DNA of 64,000 nucleotides, from NCBI GenBank assembly GCA_025963715.1, contig JAOQAG010000019.1, forward strand, positions 15,330-79,329. The letters are read 5' to 3'. Under the pieces are notes generated by a model. It worked only from the letters and a program-made list of their open reading frames with translations, had not been told where the DNA came from and did no database searches. This document shows positions 1 to 10,514 of this stretch, piece after piece (position 1 is the stretch's first letter; every line of letters begins with the position of its first letter). Both the position numbers and the translations under genes were made by a program. Origin of the DNA: Bacteroidota bacterium. GTDB lineage: Bacteria > Bacteroidota > Bacteroidia > 2-12-FULL-35-15.

Positions 1-910
1 ATGCGCCCATACAACCGCTGCCTGCTGCAGTAACTGCCTGGCGGTATGTTTTATCAGCACAATCGCCTACGGCAAACACGCCGGGAAGGTTGGTTTTGCT
101 GGATGCACCGATCACATCAATGTAACCCAGGTCATCCATATTCAATTGGCCTTTAAAAATATCGGTGTTTGGTTTGTGCCCGATTGCCACAAAAAAACCG
201 GTCACATTCAACGTACGTAATTCATTTGTTTTGTGATTTTTCACTACCACGCCTTCTACGGCATCTTTTCCAAGAATATCATCTGTTTCGCTGTCCCACA
301 AGATCTCGATGTTCGGCGTATTTTTTACGCGGTGCTGCATGGCTTTGCTGGCGCGCATTTCGCTGCGGCGAACGATCATGTACACTTTTTTACACAATTT
401 GGAAAGATACGTTGCTTCTTCGGCAGCGGTATCCCCTGCTCCAACAATAACTACATCCTGGCCACGGTAAAAGAAACCATCGCATACAGCGCAAGCAGAA
501 ACACCACCGGCATTCATTCTCAGACGGTTTTCATTTTCCAGTCCCAACCATTTCGCGGAAGCGCCGGTAGAAACAATTACGGTATCGGCTGTGATCTCCA
601 TATTTTCATCGATCCAGATTTTTTTAGGAGTGGAAGTCAGATCTGCTTTTGTAGCCATTCCAAAACGTACTTGTGTACCAAAGCGTTCAGCTTGTGCTTT
701 CAGATCTTCCATTAATTCCGGGCCGGTAATTCCTTTCGGGTAACCGGGAAAATTATCTACTTCGGTAGTTTCTGTCAATTGTCCGCCCGGCGTTAACCCG
801 GTATATAAAACAGGTTTCAAATCTGCACGGGCAGCATAAATTGCTGCGGTATATCCTGCTGGCCCACTGCCGATGATCAGGCATTTCACGTGTTCTTTTT
901 GCTCACTCAT
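1..910 (-). CDS. trxB: Thioredoxin-disulfide reductase, 3' end runs off the window (absent from ORF track)
   Basis: Manual translation from ATG at 910: MSEQKEHVKCLIIGSGPAGYTAAIYAARADLKP...GGQL...VSACAVCDG...YRQAVTAAGSGCMGA. Confidence 0.95.
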   Translation of the reverse strand, partial: MSEQKEHVKCLIIGSGPAGYTAAIYAARADLKPVLYTGLTPGGQLTETTEVDNFPGYPKGITGPELMEDLKAQAERFGTQVRFGMATKADLTSTPKKIWIDENMEITADTVIVSTGASAKWLGLENENRLRMNAGGVSACAVCDGFFYRGQDVVIVGAGDTAAEEATYLSKLCKKVYMIVRRSEMRASKAMQHRVKNTPNIEILWDSETDDILGKDAVEGVVVKNHKTNELRTLNVTGFFVAIGHKPNTDIFKGQLNMDDLGYIDVIGASSKTNLPGVFAVGDCADKTYRQAVTAAGSGCMGA

Positions 911-1029
911 AATAGTTTTTTGATTTTCAGTTAAATGTGGTGCAAAATTAACATTTTGTTCCGTTTGCGCAGGTTGATTTTATCCACAACGCAGGTAAAA
1001 TAACTGATTTATTAGTAATCGAACCCTTG

Positions 1030-1899
1030 TTAGTGCGGGTAAATGGTATCGTAGGTAACGCCTGAACCGCACCATACACCCAAACCGCCGCCATTGATAT
1101 TGTTGAGTACGGTAACGGGTGACGCAAAGGGGTTTCCGTTGCTCTGGATAGCGGTTTCGAAGGTGGTGTAAAAATCTTTGCTTGCCCGGTCGATGGTGCA
1201 GAATTTTATATAGATGGTATCTGTCAGCAAATAATAACCGCGCTGCCCGTCCGGATCATTTTCCGGCGTGTTTACCACATCTGTTGCATCGTATCCGCGA
1301 TCATACGCAAAATCAAAGCTTTTGCCGTCAATGAATTTATCATCAAACGTTGCTCCACCGGGTGCAATATAACGGCGGTCCCGCGGGCGTTTCGCCAGCC
1401 ACCTGTAATTATTCCCTAATCCGGAAGGATCGGATAAATGTGCATTGGCAAATCCTACGCTATCATGCGGTGGATCTGCTTTCCACCAAACGGAATCCAG
1501 CGCAATGGGCGCAGGAATAGTAGTAGTAGCAGTGTAGGTGTTGCCTTGTGCAATTACCGTTAAGTTATAGCTCTGTCCGGGGATCCCGATAATGGTATGT
1601 CCTTTATACACCAATCCCAGTGATGAAGAACTGTCGACCGTCAGCCCCAGCGTATCCACCATTCCGTTACTGCTTACATATATTCTTGCATCAAGGATGA
1701 ACAGATCGGTAAGACCGCCGCCGCTTACAGATGAAAATAAGGGAATATTTTTGGTAAGGATCACTTCCGGATATTTTCCGTTTTCGATGCTGCCTTCGAT
1801 CACCACTTTACTTTGCGATCCGGGCAATGTTACATTGATATCTTCCGTACAGGCCGACAAAAGTGAAACAGCAATAATGGATATGAATAATTTTTTCAT
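1030..1899 (-). CDS. DUF4249 family lipoprotein
   Basis: Lipobox LLSAC, VVIEGSI motif, typical position downstream of a TonB-dependent receptor. Confidence 0.8.
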   Translation of the reverse strand: MKKLFISIIAVSLLSACTEDINVTLPGSQSKVVIEGSIENGKYPEVILTKNIPLFSSVSGGGLTDLFILDARIYVSSNGMVDTLGLTVDSSSSLGLVYKGHTIIGIPGQSYNLTVIAQGNTYTATTTIPAPIALDSVWWKADPPHDSVGFANAHLSDPSGLGNNYRWLAKRPRDRRYIAPGGATFDDKFIDGKSFDFAYDRGYDATDVVNTPENDPDGQRGYYLLTDTIYIKFCTIDRASKDFYTTFETAIQSNGNPFASPVTVLNNINGGGLGVWCGSGVTYDTIYPH

Positions 1900-1923
1900 G
1901 TCTTTTATTAAAAATCGTGCGTA

Positions 1924-4395
1924 TTAAAATTTAAAATTCCAGGTAACCGATGGCAATACCGGGAACAGGTACACTTGTTTTGCTGTGATGTGCAGGTTCC
2001 CGCTGGTTACGCTTCCTTCGTTTGCAAAATATAAGATATAAGGATTGTGTCTGTTGTATACATTAAATACACTCAGGTTCCAGCTCGATTCATAATGTTT
2101 CAGCCATTTTTTAGGAACCACTACTGTTTCAGGATCTTTTCCTTCGCGCTGCGCTTTATCCGTAAGCACTTGTTTTTTACGCGCCAGGTGTTTCGCACGA
2201 TCAGGCGTGTAGTTGATGGAAATATCCAAACGGTGATAAGCTGGCATGCGGTAAGCGTTACGGTCGCTGTACTCATACGTTACATGCCCGTCGATCACGT
2301 AATACGATGTAGGAATGGTGATCGCATTTCCTGTTCCGTATACCCAGATGGTGGAGAACGTTAATTTTTTATTCAGGTCGTAGCTCAATACAACAGACGC
2401 ATCGTGGCGACGGTCGTATTTTGCATAAAATTGTTTGCCGCGGTTCAGATCCGGGAATACGCGGGTGGTATAGGATAATGTGTATCCTATCCAACCATTG
2501 AATTTACCAACGCGTTTTTTCAAAAAGAATTCGGCGCCGTATGCTTGCCCTGTACCAAATACAAAACTATTATCGGCATTATCATTTATACTTGCACCCG
2601 GCAGGGAACCGTCCTTGTATTCGATCTGATTTTTAAGTGTTTTGTAATACAGCTCCACGGAAGCTTCATAGGTATTGTCCTTGAAATTGCGGAAATAACC
2701 AACGGAATACTGTGTTCCTTTTTGCGGCTGCACCAGCTCCGACGACGGCACCCACACATCGGTAGGTAATGTTACCGCGGATAACGACGCTAAGTGAATG
2801 TATTGTAAATTGTACGTATAGGATGCTTTGATGGATGATTTGGAATTGAGCGTAAAACGGATGTTGAAGCGCGGTTCCAATCCGCCGTAATCTTTAATTT
2901 TTTGATTGGAAGTGTAATGAATGATTCCGGAATTTTGTCCGGTGATCGGATCTTTCACATAACGATCGAAAGGACCTACTTTCAGGAAATACGAATAACG
3001 CAAACCTGCATGCAGCTTGATCTTATCGGTTACATCAAAATCGTCGGAAGCATAAATGGCGGCTTCATGCGCACGTTCTTTGATGACCGGAAAATTAAAA
3101 TCAACATCGCCTTGTTTCGCAGAAACGCTGGTAGGTGTAAATGTGTGGAAGATGTAATTGATCCCGAATTTTACTTCGTGTCGCACGCTCGGAAAATAAC
3201 CGAAATCTACTTTTCCGTTCCAGTCGCGGATCCCGGAATGCAAACCAAAATCAAAACCGGCTTGCCCGGCTTTAAAATCAAAATTATAATCGCTGAAGAT
3301 CGCGGACACGTTCATGAATAATTTATCGCTGAACAAGTGGTTCCAACGCACTACACCCGTGGAATTTCCCCAGGAAATATTGAGGCTGAAACCTGCGGAC
3401 GGGTCATTGAACTGCATAATGTCGCGACCGAAATAACCGCTGGCAAAGATCCTGTCCTTATCGGAAATGCGCCAGTTTAATTTTGCATTTAAGTCGTAAA
3501 AGAATACACCGGAATGTTTAAGTGTGGAGCCGGGTTTTGCAAACGGACGGGAGATCGCATCAATATAGGTACGGCGACCGGAAACAATAAACGAAGCTTT
3601 ATCTTTTTTGATGGGGCCTTCCAGCGTTAAGCGCGATGAGATCAGCCCGATGCCGCCTTCTGCGCGGTATTCCTTATTATTTCCGTCTTTCATGGAAATG
3701 TCGAGCACGGAAGCCAAACGTCCGCCATACTGCGCAGGCATTCCACCTTTGATCAGGTCGACGCTTTTAATGGCATCGCCGTTGAACACGGAGAAAAATC
3801 CCAATAAGTGGGAGGCATTGTATACCACTGCTTCATCCAGCAGGATCAAATTCTGATCGGGGCCACCACCACGCACATAAAAGCCGGTATTACCATCACC
3901 GGCGGATTTTACACCGGGCAACAGCTGAATGGTTTTTAATACATCCACTTCCCCTAAAAAAGCAGGTAATTTTTTGATCTCTTCCATGTCGAGTTTTACT
4001 GCACCCATGGTGGTACTAGAAACATTTTTATCGCTTTTTTCGGAAGTTACTTCCACTTCTTTTGCATCAATGGCGGTAGGTTGCAACTCCACGTTGATGC
4101 GCATGTCCTTATCAAGGGTAATTAGCTTTTCATAATTCTGATAACCTATGTAGGAAACCACCAGGTGGTAGGTACCGGCTTCCACGGTAATGGAATAAAA
4201 GCCGTATTGATTGGTGTTACCGCCTTTTAGGGTTTCTTTAATGTATACGTTGGCACCAATGCTGGATTCGCCGTTGGAAGCATCCTTTACATAACCGCTG
4301 ATCGTAAATTTCTTTTTTTCCTGTGCATTGGCATTCATGGTTAGCAACTGCAGGAAGGCAAAAAATGCAATAAATTTTAAATACTTTAAAATCAT
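1924..4395 (-). CDS. TonB-dependent receptor with N-terminal carboxypeptidase-like domain
   Basis: Signal peptide, TISGYVKD..GE, plug motifs LPGV and RGGGPDQNLILLD, C-terminal WNFKF. Confidence 0.93.
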   Translation of the reverse strand: MILKYLKFIAFFAFLQLLTMNANAQEKKKFTISGYVKDASNGESSIGANVYIKETLKGGNTNQYGFYSITVEAGTYHLVVSYIGYQNYEKLITLDKDMRINVELQPTAIDAKEVEVTSEKSDKNVSSTTMGAVKLDMEEIKKLPAFLGEVDVLKTIQLLPGVKSAGDGNTGFYVRGGGPDQNLILLDEAVVYNASHLLGFFSVFNGDAIKSVDLIKGGMPAQYGGRLASVLDISMKDGNNKEYRAEGGIGLISSRLTLEGPIKKDKASFIVSGRRTYIDAISRPFAKPGSTLKHSGVFFYDLNAKLNWRISDKDRIFASGYFGRDIMQFNDPSAGFSLNISWGNSTGVVRWNHLFSDKLFMNVSAIFSDYNFDFKAGQAGFDFGLHSGIRDWNGKVDFGYFPSVRHEVKFGINYIFHTFTPTSVSAKQGDVDFNFPVIKERAHEAAIYASDDFDVTDKIKLHAGLRYSYFLKVGPFDRYVKDPITGQNSGIIHYTSNQKIKDYGGLEPRFNIRFTLNSKSSIKASYTYNLQYIHLASLSAVTLPTDVWVPSSELVQPQKGTQYSVGYFRNFKDNTYEASVELYYKTLKNQIEYKDGSLPGASINDNADNSFVFGTGQAYGAEFFLKKRVGKFNGWIGYTLSYTTRVFPDLNRGKQFYAKYDRRHDASVVLSYDLNKKLTFSTIWVYGTGNAITIPTSYYVIDGHVTYEYSDRNAYRMPAYHRLDISINYTPDRAKHLARKKQVLTDKAQREGKDPETVVVPKKWLKHYESSWNLSVFNVYNRHNPYILYFANEGSVTSGNLHITAKQVYLFPVLPSVTWNFKF

Positions 4396-4561
4396 AAGAT
4401 CATAGATTATTATAACGGGCTTTTTTAGTTTCCGCCTGCAAATTTACTGTATAATACTACAAATGAGGAATATTATTGTTTTTGCGGGCACTAAATTTCC
4501 GGGGCAAAACTATGGAAACATTTTTCGATTTCAAAGTTTCCGGACTTATTTTTTGAAAACC

Positions 4562-4569
4562 TATCTTTG
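4562..4569 (+). promoter_or_regulatory. Bacteroidetes -7 promoter element
   Basis: TATCTTTG matches TAnnTTTG just upstream of ATG 4575. Confidence 0.5.
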
Positions 4570-4574
4570 CAGCG

Positions 4575-4934
4575 ATGAAGGTTTTGAAAAACATGTTCTT
4601 TAAACCGGTCTTTCTGCTGGTTTCCTTCCTGCTGCTGAATTTTTCGGTAATGGCGGATGCAGCGCGTGTAAAAGAGGCTGCAGGTACGGAACAATCCAGC
4701 ATCAAAAAAAGCGAGCTGCTGGAGTCGAAAGGTATTATTGAACCGGCGATCGAACTGCTAAATGGCAGCAATTTTCAACAAAACTCCTCTTTTTTCAAGA
4801 AAAACAGCAGTCCGCAAGCCAATCTTGAGCTAAAAGCTTCCTTAACAGCGCATTTTTATTCTTTGAATTGTGATTTTTTCCATCACATTTCTTCTGTTCC
4901 CCTCTACCTTTTCAACCGGAGCATCCTGATCTGA
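4575..4934 (+). CDS. Hypothetical exported protein
   Basis: Signal-peptide-like N-terminus, preceded by TAnnTTTG. Confidence 0.6.
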   Translation: MKVLKNMFFKPVFLLVSFLLLNFSVMADAARVKEAAGTEQSSIKKSELLESKGIIEPAIELLNGSNFQQNSSFFKKNSSPQANLELKASLTAHFYSLNCDFFHHISSVPLYLFNRSILI

Positions 4935-5014
4935 TCTCTGTATTATTTTTTTGACAAACCGGTAAAGCAAAGCGCTTTGCTGCATTTATTCATTTAAATC
5001 ATACAGTATATATT

Positions 5015-5134
5015 ATGGAAACAAATCAAAATAACACCACACCGGAACAAAAAGGCAATGGCATCGGGCCGGTTGTGATCATCTCTATCGGATTAATTGC
5101 GGCATTGGTTGCATTAAAATTGTTTATGAGCTAA
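5015..5134 (+). CDS. 39-aa single-pass membrane protein (not in ORF track)
   Basis: METNQNNTTPEQKGNGIGPVVIISIGLIAALVALKLFMS*; its TAA overlaps the next ATG (TAATG). Confidence 0.65.
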   Translation: METNQNNTTPEQKGNGIGPVVIISIGLIAALVALKLFMS

Positions 5135-6105
5135 TGAATCCGCTGTTACAACAAATCATTATTGGATTAACCAAAAAGAATCGCGCCGGAACGCGCGATT
5201 CTTTAAATAAATATGGCCTTGCCAGGGAGTTTTACAAATTAAAGATCACCGGCTTTCACTTAATAAAAGATATTCTGCTGATGGCCATCGGTGTTTTGTC
5301 GGCAGGGTTTGGGCTCGAAAGTTTTTTACTTCCCAATTCCTTTATTGATGGCGGCGTTACGGGGATCTCACTGCTGACATCGGAATTAACGCATACATCC
5401 CTTTCTATTTTAATTGTGGTGATCAACCTGCCGTTCATTATTCTCGGTTATAAACAGATCGGGAAGGGCTTTGCGCTCAAGAGCATTCTTGCGATCTGCG
5501 GGCTGGCAGTTGTGATCAGCACGGTACATTACCCGGTGATCACATCGGATAAATTGCTGGTAGCGGTTTTTGGCGGCTTTTTCCTGGGAGCGGGAATAGG
5601 TTTGGCAGTAAGAGGCGGCGGTGTGCTGGATGGCACAGAGATTTTAGCGATCTACCTCACCAAGCGCACAGGCATGACCATGGGTGATATTATTCTGGTT
5701 TTTAATATTTTTATTTTTTCGGTTGCTGCTTACCTCCTCTCGGTCGAAACGGCGCTTTACTCGATCCTCACTTATCTTGCAGCAGCAAAAACAGTGGATT
5801 TTGTGATCGAAGGTGTGGAGGAATACATTGGTGTTACCATTGTATCCGCCCACAGCGATGCGATCCGGGTGATGATCATCCAGAAAATGGGACGCGGCGT
5901 TACTATTTATTCGGGGAAACGCGGCTTTGGAAAACGCGGTGACAGCTTAGCGGAGATCGATATTGTATACTCGGTGATCACGCGACTGGAAATTGCACGC
6001 ATGCAAACGGAGATCGAAAAAATTGACCAGAATGCGTTTATCGTGATGAACAGGGTGAAGGATACGAAGGGCGGGATTATAAAGAAGAGGGCCTTGGACC
6101 ATTAG
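5134..6105 (+). CDS. YitT family membrane protein (DUF161/DUF2179)
   Basis: FLLPN..IDGGVTGIS, GG..DGTEILA, C-terminal IDQNAFI. Confidence 0.9.
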   Translation: MNPLLQQIIIGLTKKNRAGTRDSLNKYGLAREFYKLKITGFHLIKDILLMAIGVLSAGFGLESFLLPNSFIDGGVTGISLLTSELTHTSLSILIVVINLPFIILGYKQIGKGFALKSILAICGLAVVISTVHYPVITSDKLLVAVFGGFFLGAGIGLAVRGGGVLDGTEILAIYLTKRTGMTMGDIILVFNIFIFSVAAYLLSVETALYSILTYLAAAKTVDFVIEGVEEYIGVTIVSAHSDAIRVMIIQKMGRGVTIYSGKRGFGKRGDSLAEIDIVYSVITRLEIARMQTEIEKIDQNAFIVMNRVKDTKGGIIKKRALDH

Positions 6106-6470
6106 CAACGAATAACGAATGAAAACGAATAACGGATCTGTGTAAAAAAAGTTCAAAGTTTAAAGTTCAAAAGTTTAAAATTTGCTATGTGTGAGTTCTG
6201 TGAGCTGTGTGATGGAACGCGGATAAGGCGGATGGGACGGATTGATGCGGATTTAATTTTTATGTGTACTACACAATAATGCAAGCAGGATCAATTCCCC
6301 TCTTGAGAGGGGTTAGGGGTGTGTTGGTACGGATAACGCCCGCCTGAACGATTTGGGCAGGAACAAAACGAATTTACGAATCTGTGTGGTGCTGTGTTTA
6401 TTTATTATCAAAATCACAAAAAAGAACTGTCATCCCGCAATGTTGCGGGATCTCATGAATGCTTGCAGGG
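6106..6470 (+). repeat. Intergenic mosaic of repeat modules joined by CTGTGT-like junctions
   Basis: ACGAAT, AAAGTTC, CGGAT, CCCCTCTTGAGAGGGG, CGCCCGCCTGAACG and GTCATCCCG..CGGGATCT modules, each recurring elsewhere in the window. Confidence 0.8.
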
Positions 6471-6581
6471 TGTATTTAATTTGTGCATAAAAACAACAGA
6501 GTACCATTAAACTTTAAGCAATTAAAAGAGTTTATATACATTACGAATACGAAAGACTAACGACTATATACAAAATACTAT

Positions 6582-8939
6582 ATGTGGAATTACATCGCCG
6601 GAAAAATTCTCCGAAATAAAATCACGTTTCTTATTGTGCTTGGGTTGATCACCGGGTTCATGGTCTATGAAACCTGCCAGATCAAATTGTCATACGACTT
6701 TGCACGCGTGTTACCGGTAGATGATCCGTCGTACATGGATTACATGAGCTTTAAGAAAAAATTCGGGGAAGACGGCAACGTGATGGTGATCGGATTTAAA
6801 AGCGATAATTTGTTTGAAGAAAAATTATTCAACAGCTGGAGCGGACTGGATCAGAAAATAAAATCGATCAAAGGGATCAAGGATGTGCTGGCATTAACGA
6901 GCTTGTACAACGTAACAAAAAACGACAGCCTGCATAAATTTGAATTCAAACCGATCAGCGGCGCGGCTCATTATTCGGCGCAGCAGCTGGATTCACTTAA
7001 ACAAATCATTTATTCGCTGCCATTTTACGACGGCCTTGTTTACAATAAGGAAACCGGCGCTACATTAATGGCGATCACCTTTAACAGCGCCGACCTGAAC
7101 AGCAAGCACCGGTTGGAAATGGTGAAAGACATCACTACAGCGGCAGATGCATTTGCAAAAGAAAACAATGTACCCGTGCATTATTCAGGCATGCCTTACA
7201 TCCGCTCGCACATCATGGAAAAAGTATCGGGCGAAATGGGTTTGTTCATGACGCTTGCGGTAATTGTAACCGCCGTTATTTTGTGGCTGTTCTTCCGCTC
7301 TTTCTCTTCCGTGATCGTATCGCTGATTGTTGCTGCTATTGGCGTGGTGTGGTCACTTGGCGTGATGCAGTTGTTCGGTTACAAGATCACCATCTTATCG
7401 GGATTGATCCCGCCGCTTATTATCGTGATCGGGATTCCCAACTGCGTTTTTCTCATTAATAAATACCATGCGGCGTATGTGAAGCATTCCAATAAAATGA
7501 AGGCGCTCACACAAACCATTGCCAGCATGGGCGGAACGCTGTTTTTAGCCAACGTTACTACGGCGATCGGGTTTGGCGTTTTGTATTATACCAACAGCCC
7601 GATGCTGGTGGAATTTGGCGTTGTTGCAGCAATCGGTGTGATGCTTACGTTTATGATCAGCATGATCGTAGCGCCCATATTCCTGAATTACATTGCTGTA
7701 CCAAAAGCAAAACATACCACGCATTTGGATGCAAAATACATTAACCGTCTGCTTGCAAAAGTGGATTACTGGGTGCAAAATAAGCGTGCGCAAATTTACA
7801 TCGTGATCTCGATCATTACGGTTGTTGGTTTTACCGGCATGACCATGATGCATGTGCTGGGGCATGTGGTGGATGACTTGCCGCAGAAAGATCCGGTGTA
7901 CAGCGACCTGCATTTTTTCGAAGAAAATTTTAAAGGTGTATTGCCATTTGAGATCGTGATCGATACGCGTGAAAAAGATGGCGTATTGAGCAGGAACGGA
8001 GCAATTTTATACAAGATCAACAAGCTGCAAAAAGTATTTGCAAAATATCCGGCATTCTCAAAACCCTTATCAATTGCAGAAGGCGTGAAGTTTTCGTACC
8101 AGGCGTATAATGATGGCGACAAGAAATTTTATACCGTTCCGGGTGCAACAGATCTGAAAACATTATCGGAATTTACCGGAACATTAACGGGACAACAAAA
8201 CAAACTAAAATTTTTTGTTGATAGCAGCAAACGTTACACCCGTGTGAGTTTTCAAATGGCGGATGTAGGATCGGTAGAAATAAAAAGACTGGTTGCGGAA
8301 TTAAAACCGAGGATCGACAGCATCTTTCCGCCGAAGGATTATGATGTTTCCTTAACGGGACATAGTTTGGTGTTTTTAAAATCGAATGATTATTTACTGG
8401 AGAATTTATACGAGAGCTTAGCAATCGAGATCCTGCTGGAAACGCTTGTTGGATTGGCGCTGTTCCGTTCCTTGCGGATCGTGATCCTTTCCAAAATCCC
8501 GGTATTGATCCCGCTGGTGATCACGGCCGGTGTGATGGGATTTTTGGGTATTAATTTTAAACCGACCACTATTTTAATTTTCAGCATTGCGTTTGGGATC
8601 TCCTCCGACGGTACCATTTATTTTCTGACGCGGTACCGGCAGGAATTACGGATCAAAGGCCAAAGCGTGGCGCAGGCAATTTCTACCACCATCCGGGAAA
8701 CCGGGCTGAGCATGATCTACACAGCGATCATTTTATTTTCGGGCTTTGCTATTTTTGCTGCATCGAGTTTTGGCGGCACGGTGGCGCTGGGAATTTTGGT
8801 TTCGCTTACCTTGCTCGTGGCGATCTGCACAAACCTGGTAATGTTACCGGCCATTTTGCTTTCGATCGATAAACGGAAAAGCCGGAGAGCGATGTTAAAA
8901 AAACCGCTGATCGAGATTTCGGAAGAAACGGAAGCGTAG
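6582..8939 (+). CDS. MMPL/RND family transporter
   Basis: Two repeats of TM plus extracytoplasmic loop plus 5 TM; IAFGISSDGTIYF motif. Confidence 0.9.
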   Translation: MWNYIAGKILRNKITFLIVLGLITGFMVYETCQIKLSYDFARVLPVDDPSYMDYMSFKKKFGEDGNVMVIGFKSDNLFEEKLFNSWSGLDQKIKSIKGIKDVLALTSLYNVTKNDSLHKFEFKPISGAAHYSAQQLDSLKQIIYSLPFYDGLVYNKETGATLMAITFNSADLNSKHRLEMVKDITTAADAFAKENNVPVHYSGMPYIRSHIMEKVSGEMGLFMTLAVIVTAVILWLFFRSFSSVIVSLIVAAIGVVWSLGVMQLFGYKITILSGLIPPLIIVIGIPNCVFLINKYHAAYVKHSNKMKALTQTIASMGGTLFLANVTTAIGFGVLYYTNSPMLVEFGVVAAIGVMLTFMISMIVAPIFLNYIAVPKAKHTTHLDAKYINRLLAKVDYWVQNKRAQIYIVISIITVVGFTGMTMMHVLGHVVDDLPQKDPVYSDLHFFEENFKGVLPFEIVIDTREKDGVLSRNGAILYKINKLQKVFAKYPAFSKPLSIAEGVKFSYQAYNDGDKKFYTVPGATDLKTLSEFTGTLTGQQNKLKFFVDSSKRYTRVSFQMADVGSVEIKRLVAELKPRIDSIFPPKDYDVSLTGHSLVFLKSNDYLLENLYESLAIEILLETLVGLALFRSLRIVILSKIPVLIPLVITAGVMGFLGINFKPTTILIFSIAFGISSDGTIYFLTRYRQELRIKGQSVAQAISTTIRETGLSMIYTAIILFSGFAIFAASSFGGTVALGILVSLTLLVAICTNLVMLPAILLSIDKRKSRRAMLKKPLIEISEETEA

Positions 8940-8969
8940 TGCTTTTAAATTTCCGATATTGTAGTACGA

Positions 8970-10310
8970 ATGACCGCACAAAAACTTCCTTTAAGTAAAC
9001 AGATCGCGTATGCTTTTGGCATGATGGGCTGGAGCATTATGATGAACCTGATCGGTGTGATCGTGGTTTATTTGTATGCACCACCTGATAATAGCGGGCT
9101 TCCGAGCCTGATCACACAGGCAACTATTTTTGGTTTTGTAAATGTGATCGCCATTATCATGTCGAGCGGGCGATTGGTGGATGCCGTGTACGACCCATTG
9201 ATAGCGCAATACAGCGACAAGAATAAAAATCCAAAAGGCAGGCGCATCCCGCTGATGAAAAAAGCGATCCTTCCCGCCCTGGTGTTTTGCTGCCTCATTT
9301 TTTATCCGTTAAAACAGGAAGAAAGCAGCACCAATATTGTGTGGCTGGTGATCATGCTGATCGGGTTTTACGTTTCAACGACTACGTATATCATTCCGTA
9401 TTATGCGCTGTTGCCGGAGTTGGCGCCATCCTCGGACGATAAAGTACGATTAGCCACCTGGCAATCGGTGGGTTATGTATTTGGAATTGGCGTAGCTTCC
9501 AATGCATTTAATTTAACAGATCAGCTGCAACATTCCATGCACATTGCTTCGCGGATCACAGCATTGCAATACGCGGTTTTTATCTTTGCGGTCCTTGGTG
9601 CTATTTGTCTTTGTGTTCCTGTATTTGCCATCGATGAACGAAAATACAGCAAGAGTATTCCCAGCTCTGTTCCCTTGCGTACTGCTTTGCGCGATACTTT
9701 GCGCAATAAAAATTTCCTGTTGTTTATTGTTGCTGATTTTTCTTATTTCATCGCGATCACGATTATCACTACCGGTTTGCTTTATTTCTTAAAAGTATTG
9801 CTGAGGCTGGAAGAAGCGCTGGGAAACAAGCTGATGATCATGATGGTGCTGGTGTCGTTTATTTTTTACCCGGTTGTTAATTTTCTTGCACGAAAAATCG
9901 GTAAAAAAATACTGGTGATCTTCTCCTTATTTTTATTGTCGCTGATCTTTTTAGGAATTTATTTCCTGGGGAAAGTGTCCATGGATCCTACCGTTCAAAT
10001 TTATGCACTCATTTGTGTTGCTTCCATTCCGCTTGCTTCGCTTAATATTTTACCAAACGCAATATTGGCGGAGATCATTGAAAAAGACAGTCTTGAATCG
10101 GGTGCAAATAAAGAAGCGATCTATTTTGCGGTGCGTTACTTTTTTGTAAAAATTGCGCAAACATTTGGGATCACGTTGTTTTCGATGTTCCTGATTTACG
10201 GCAAAGATCCGGGTAATGATTTTGGATTAAGGCTGAATGGGATCCTTGGGTTTGTGTTGTGTTTTGTGGCTGCGGTTACGTTTACACGGTTTAAGGAGAA
10301 GAAGGATTAA
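8970..10310 (+). CDS. MFS transporter (GPH/MelB-like)
   Basis: 12 TM, GRLVDAVYDPLIAQYSD, GRRIP, PYYALLPEL. Confidence 0.88.
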   Translation: MTAQKLPLSKQIAYAFGMMGWSIMMNLIGVIVVYLYAPPDNSGLPSLITQATIFGFVNVIAIIMSSGRLVDAVYDPLIAQYSDKNKNPKGRRIPLMKKAILPALVFCCLIFYPLKQEESSTNIVWLVIMLIGFYVSTTTYIIPYYALLPELAPSSDDKVRLATWQSVGYVFGIGVASNAFNLTDQLQHSMHIASRITALQYAVFIFAVLGAICLCVPVFAIDERKYSKSIPSSVPLRTALRDTLRNKNFLLFIVADFSYFIAITIITTGLLYFLKVLLRLEEALGNKLMIMMVLVSFIFYPVVNFLARKIGKKILVIFSLFLLSLIFLGIYFLGKVSMDPTVQIYALICVASIPLASLNILPNAILAEIIEKDSLESGANKEAIYFAVRYFFVKIAQTFGITLFSMFLIYGKDPGNDFGLRLNGILGFVLCFVAAVTFTRFKEKKD

Positions 10311-10349
10311 GGATTTTTGGATTAAGGAATTGGGATTTGCTTTGTGAAC

Positions 10350-10473
10350 GAAATTATAAATTATAGATGATGAATTATAAATTGCTGTGCGAAAAGGAAA
10401 TTATAAATTAGGAATTATAGATTATAAATTGCTGTGTGTAAAGGAAATTATAGATTATGAATTGCTATGTGTG
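10350..10473 (+). repeat. Tandem ~47-bp units of ATTATAA-type heptamers, each ending in GCTGTG
   Basis: Units start at 10350, 10397 and 10444; junctions at 10384, 10431 and 10464. Confidence 0.75.
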
Positions 10474-10514
10474 AAAAAATTAATGAATTAAAAAACTAAC
10501 CAACCATTATACTC

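Noticed and set aside
169-715. Plus-strand ORFs of 93 and 160 aa
   Set aside because: Antisense shadows of trxB; most other short tracked ORFs overlapping long genes were rejected for the same reason
10350-10473. CRISPR array
   Set aside because: Units are degenerate low-complexity heptamers without constant repeats and unique spacers; the same applies to 22200-22310
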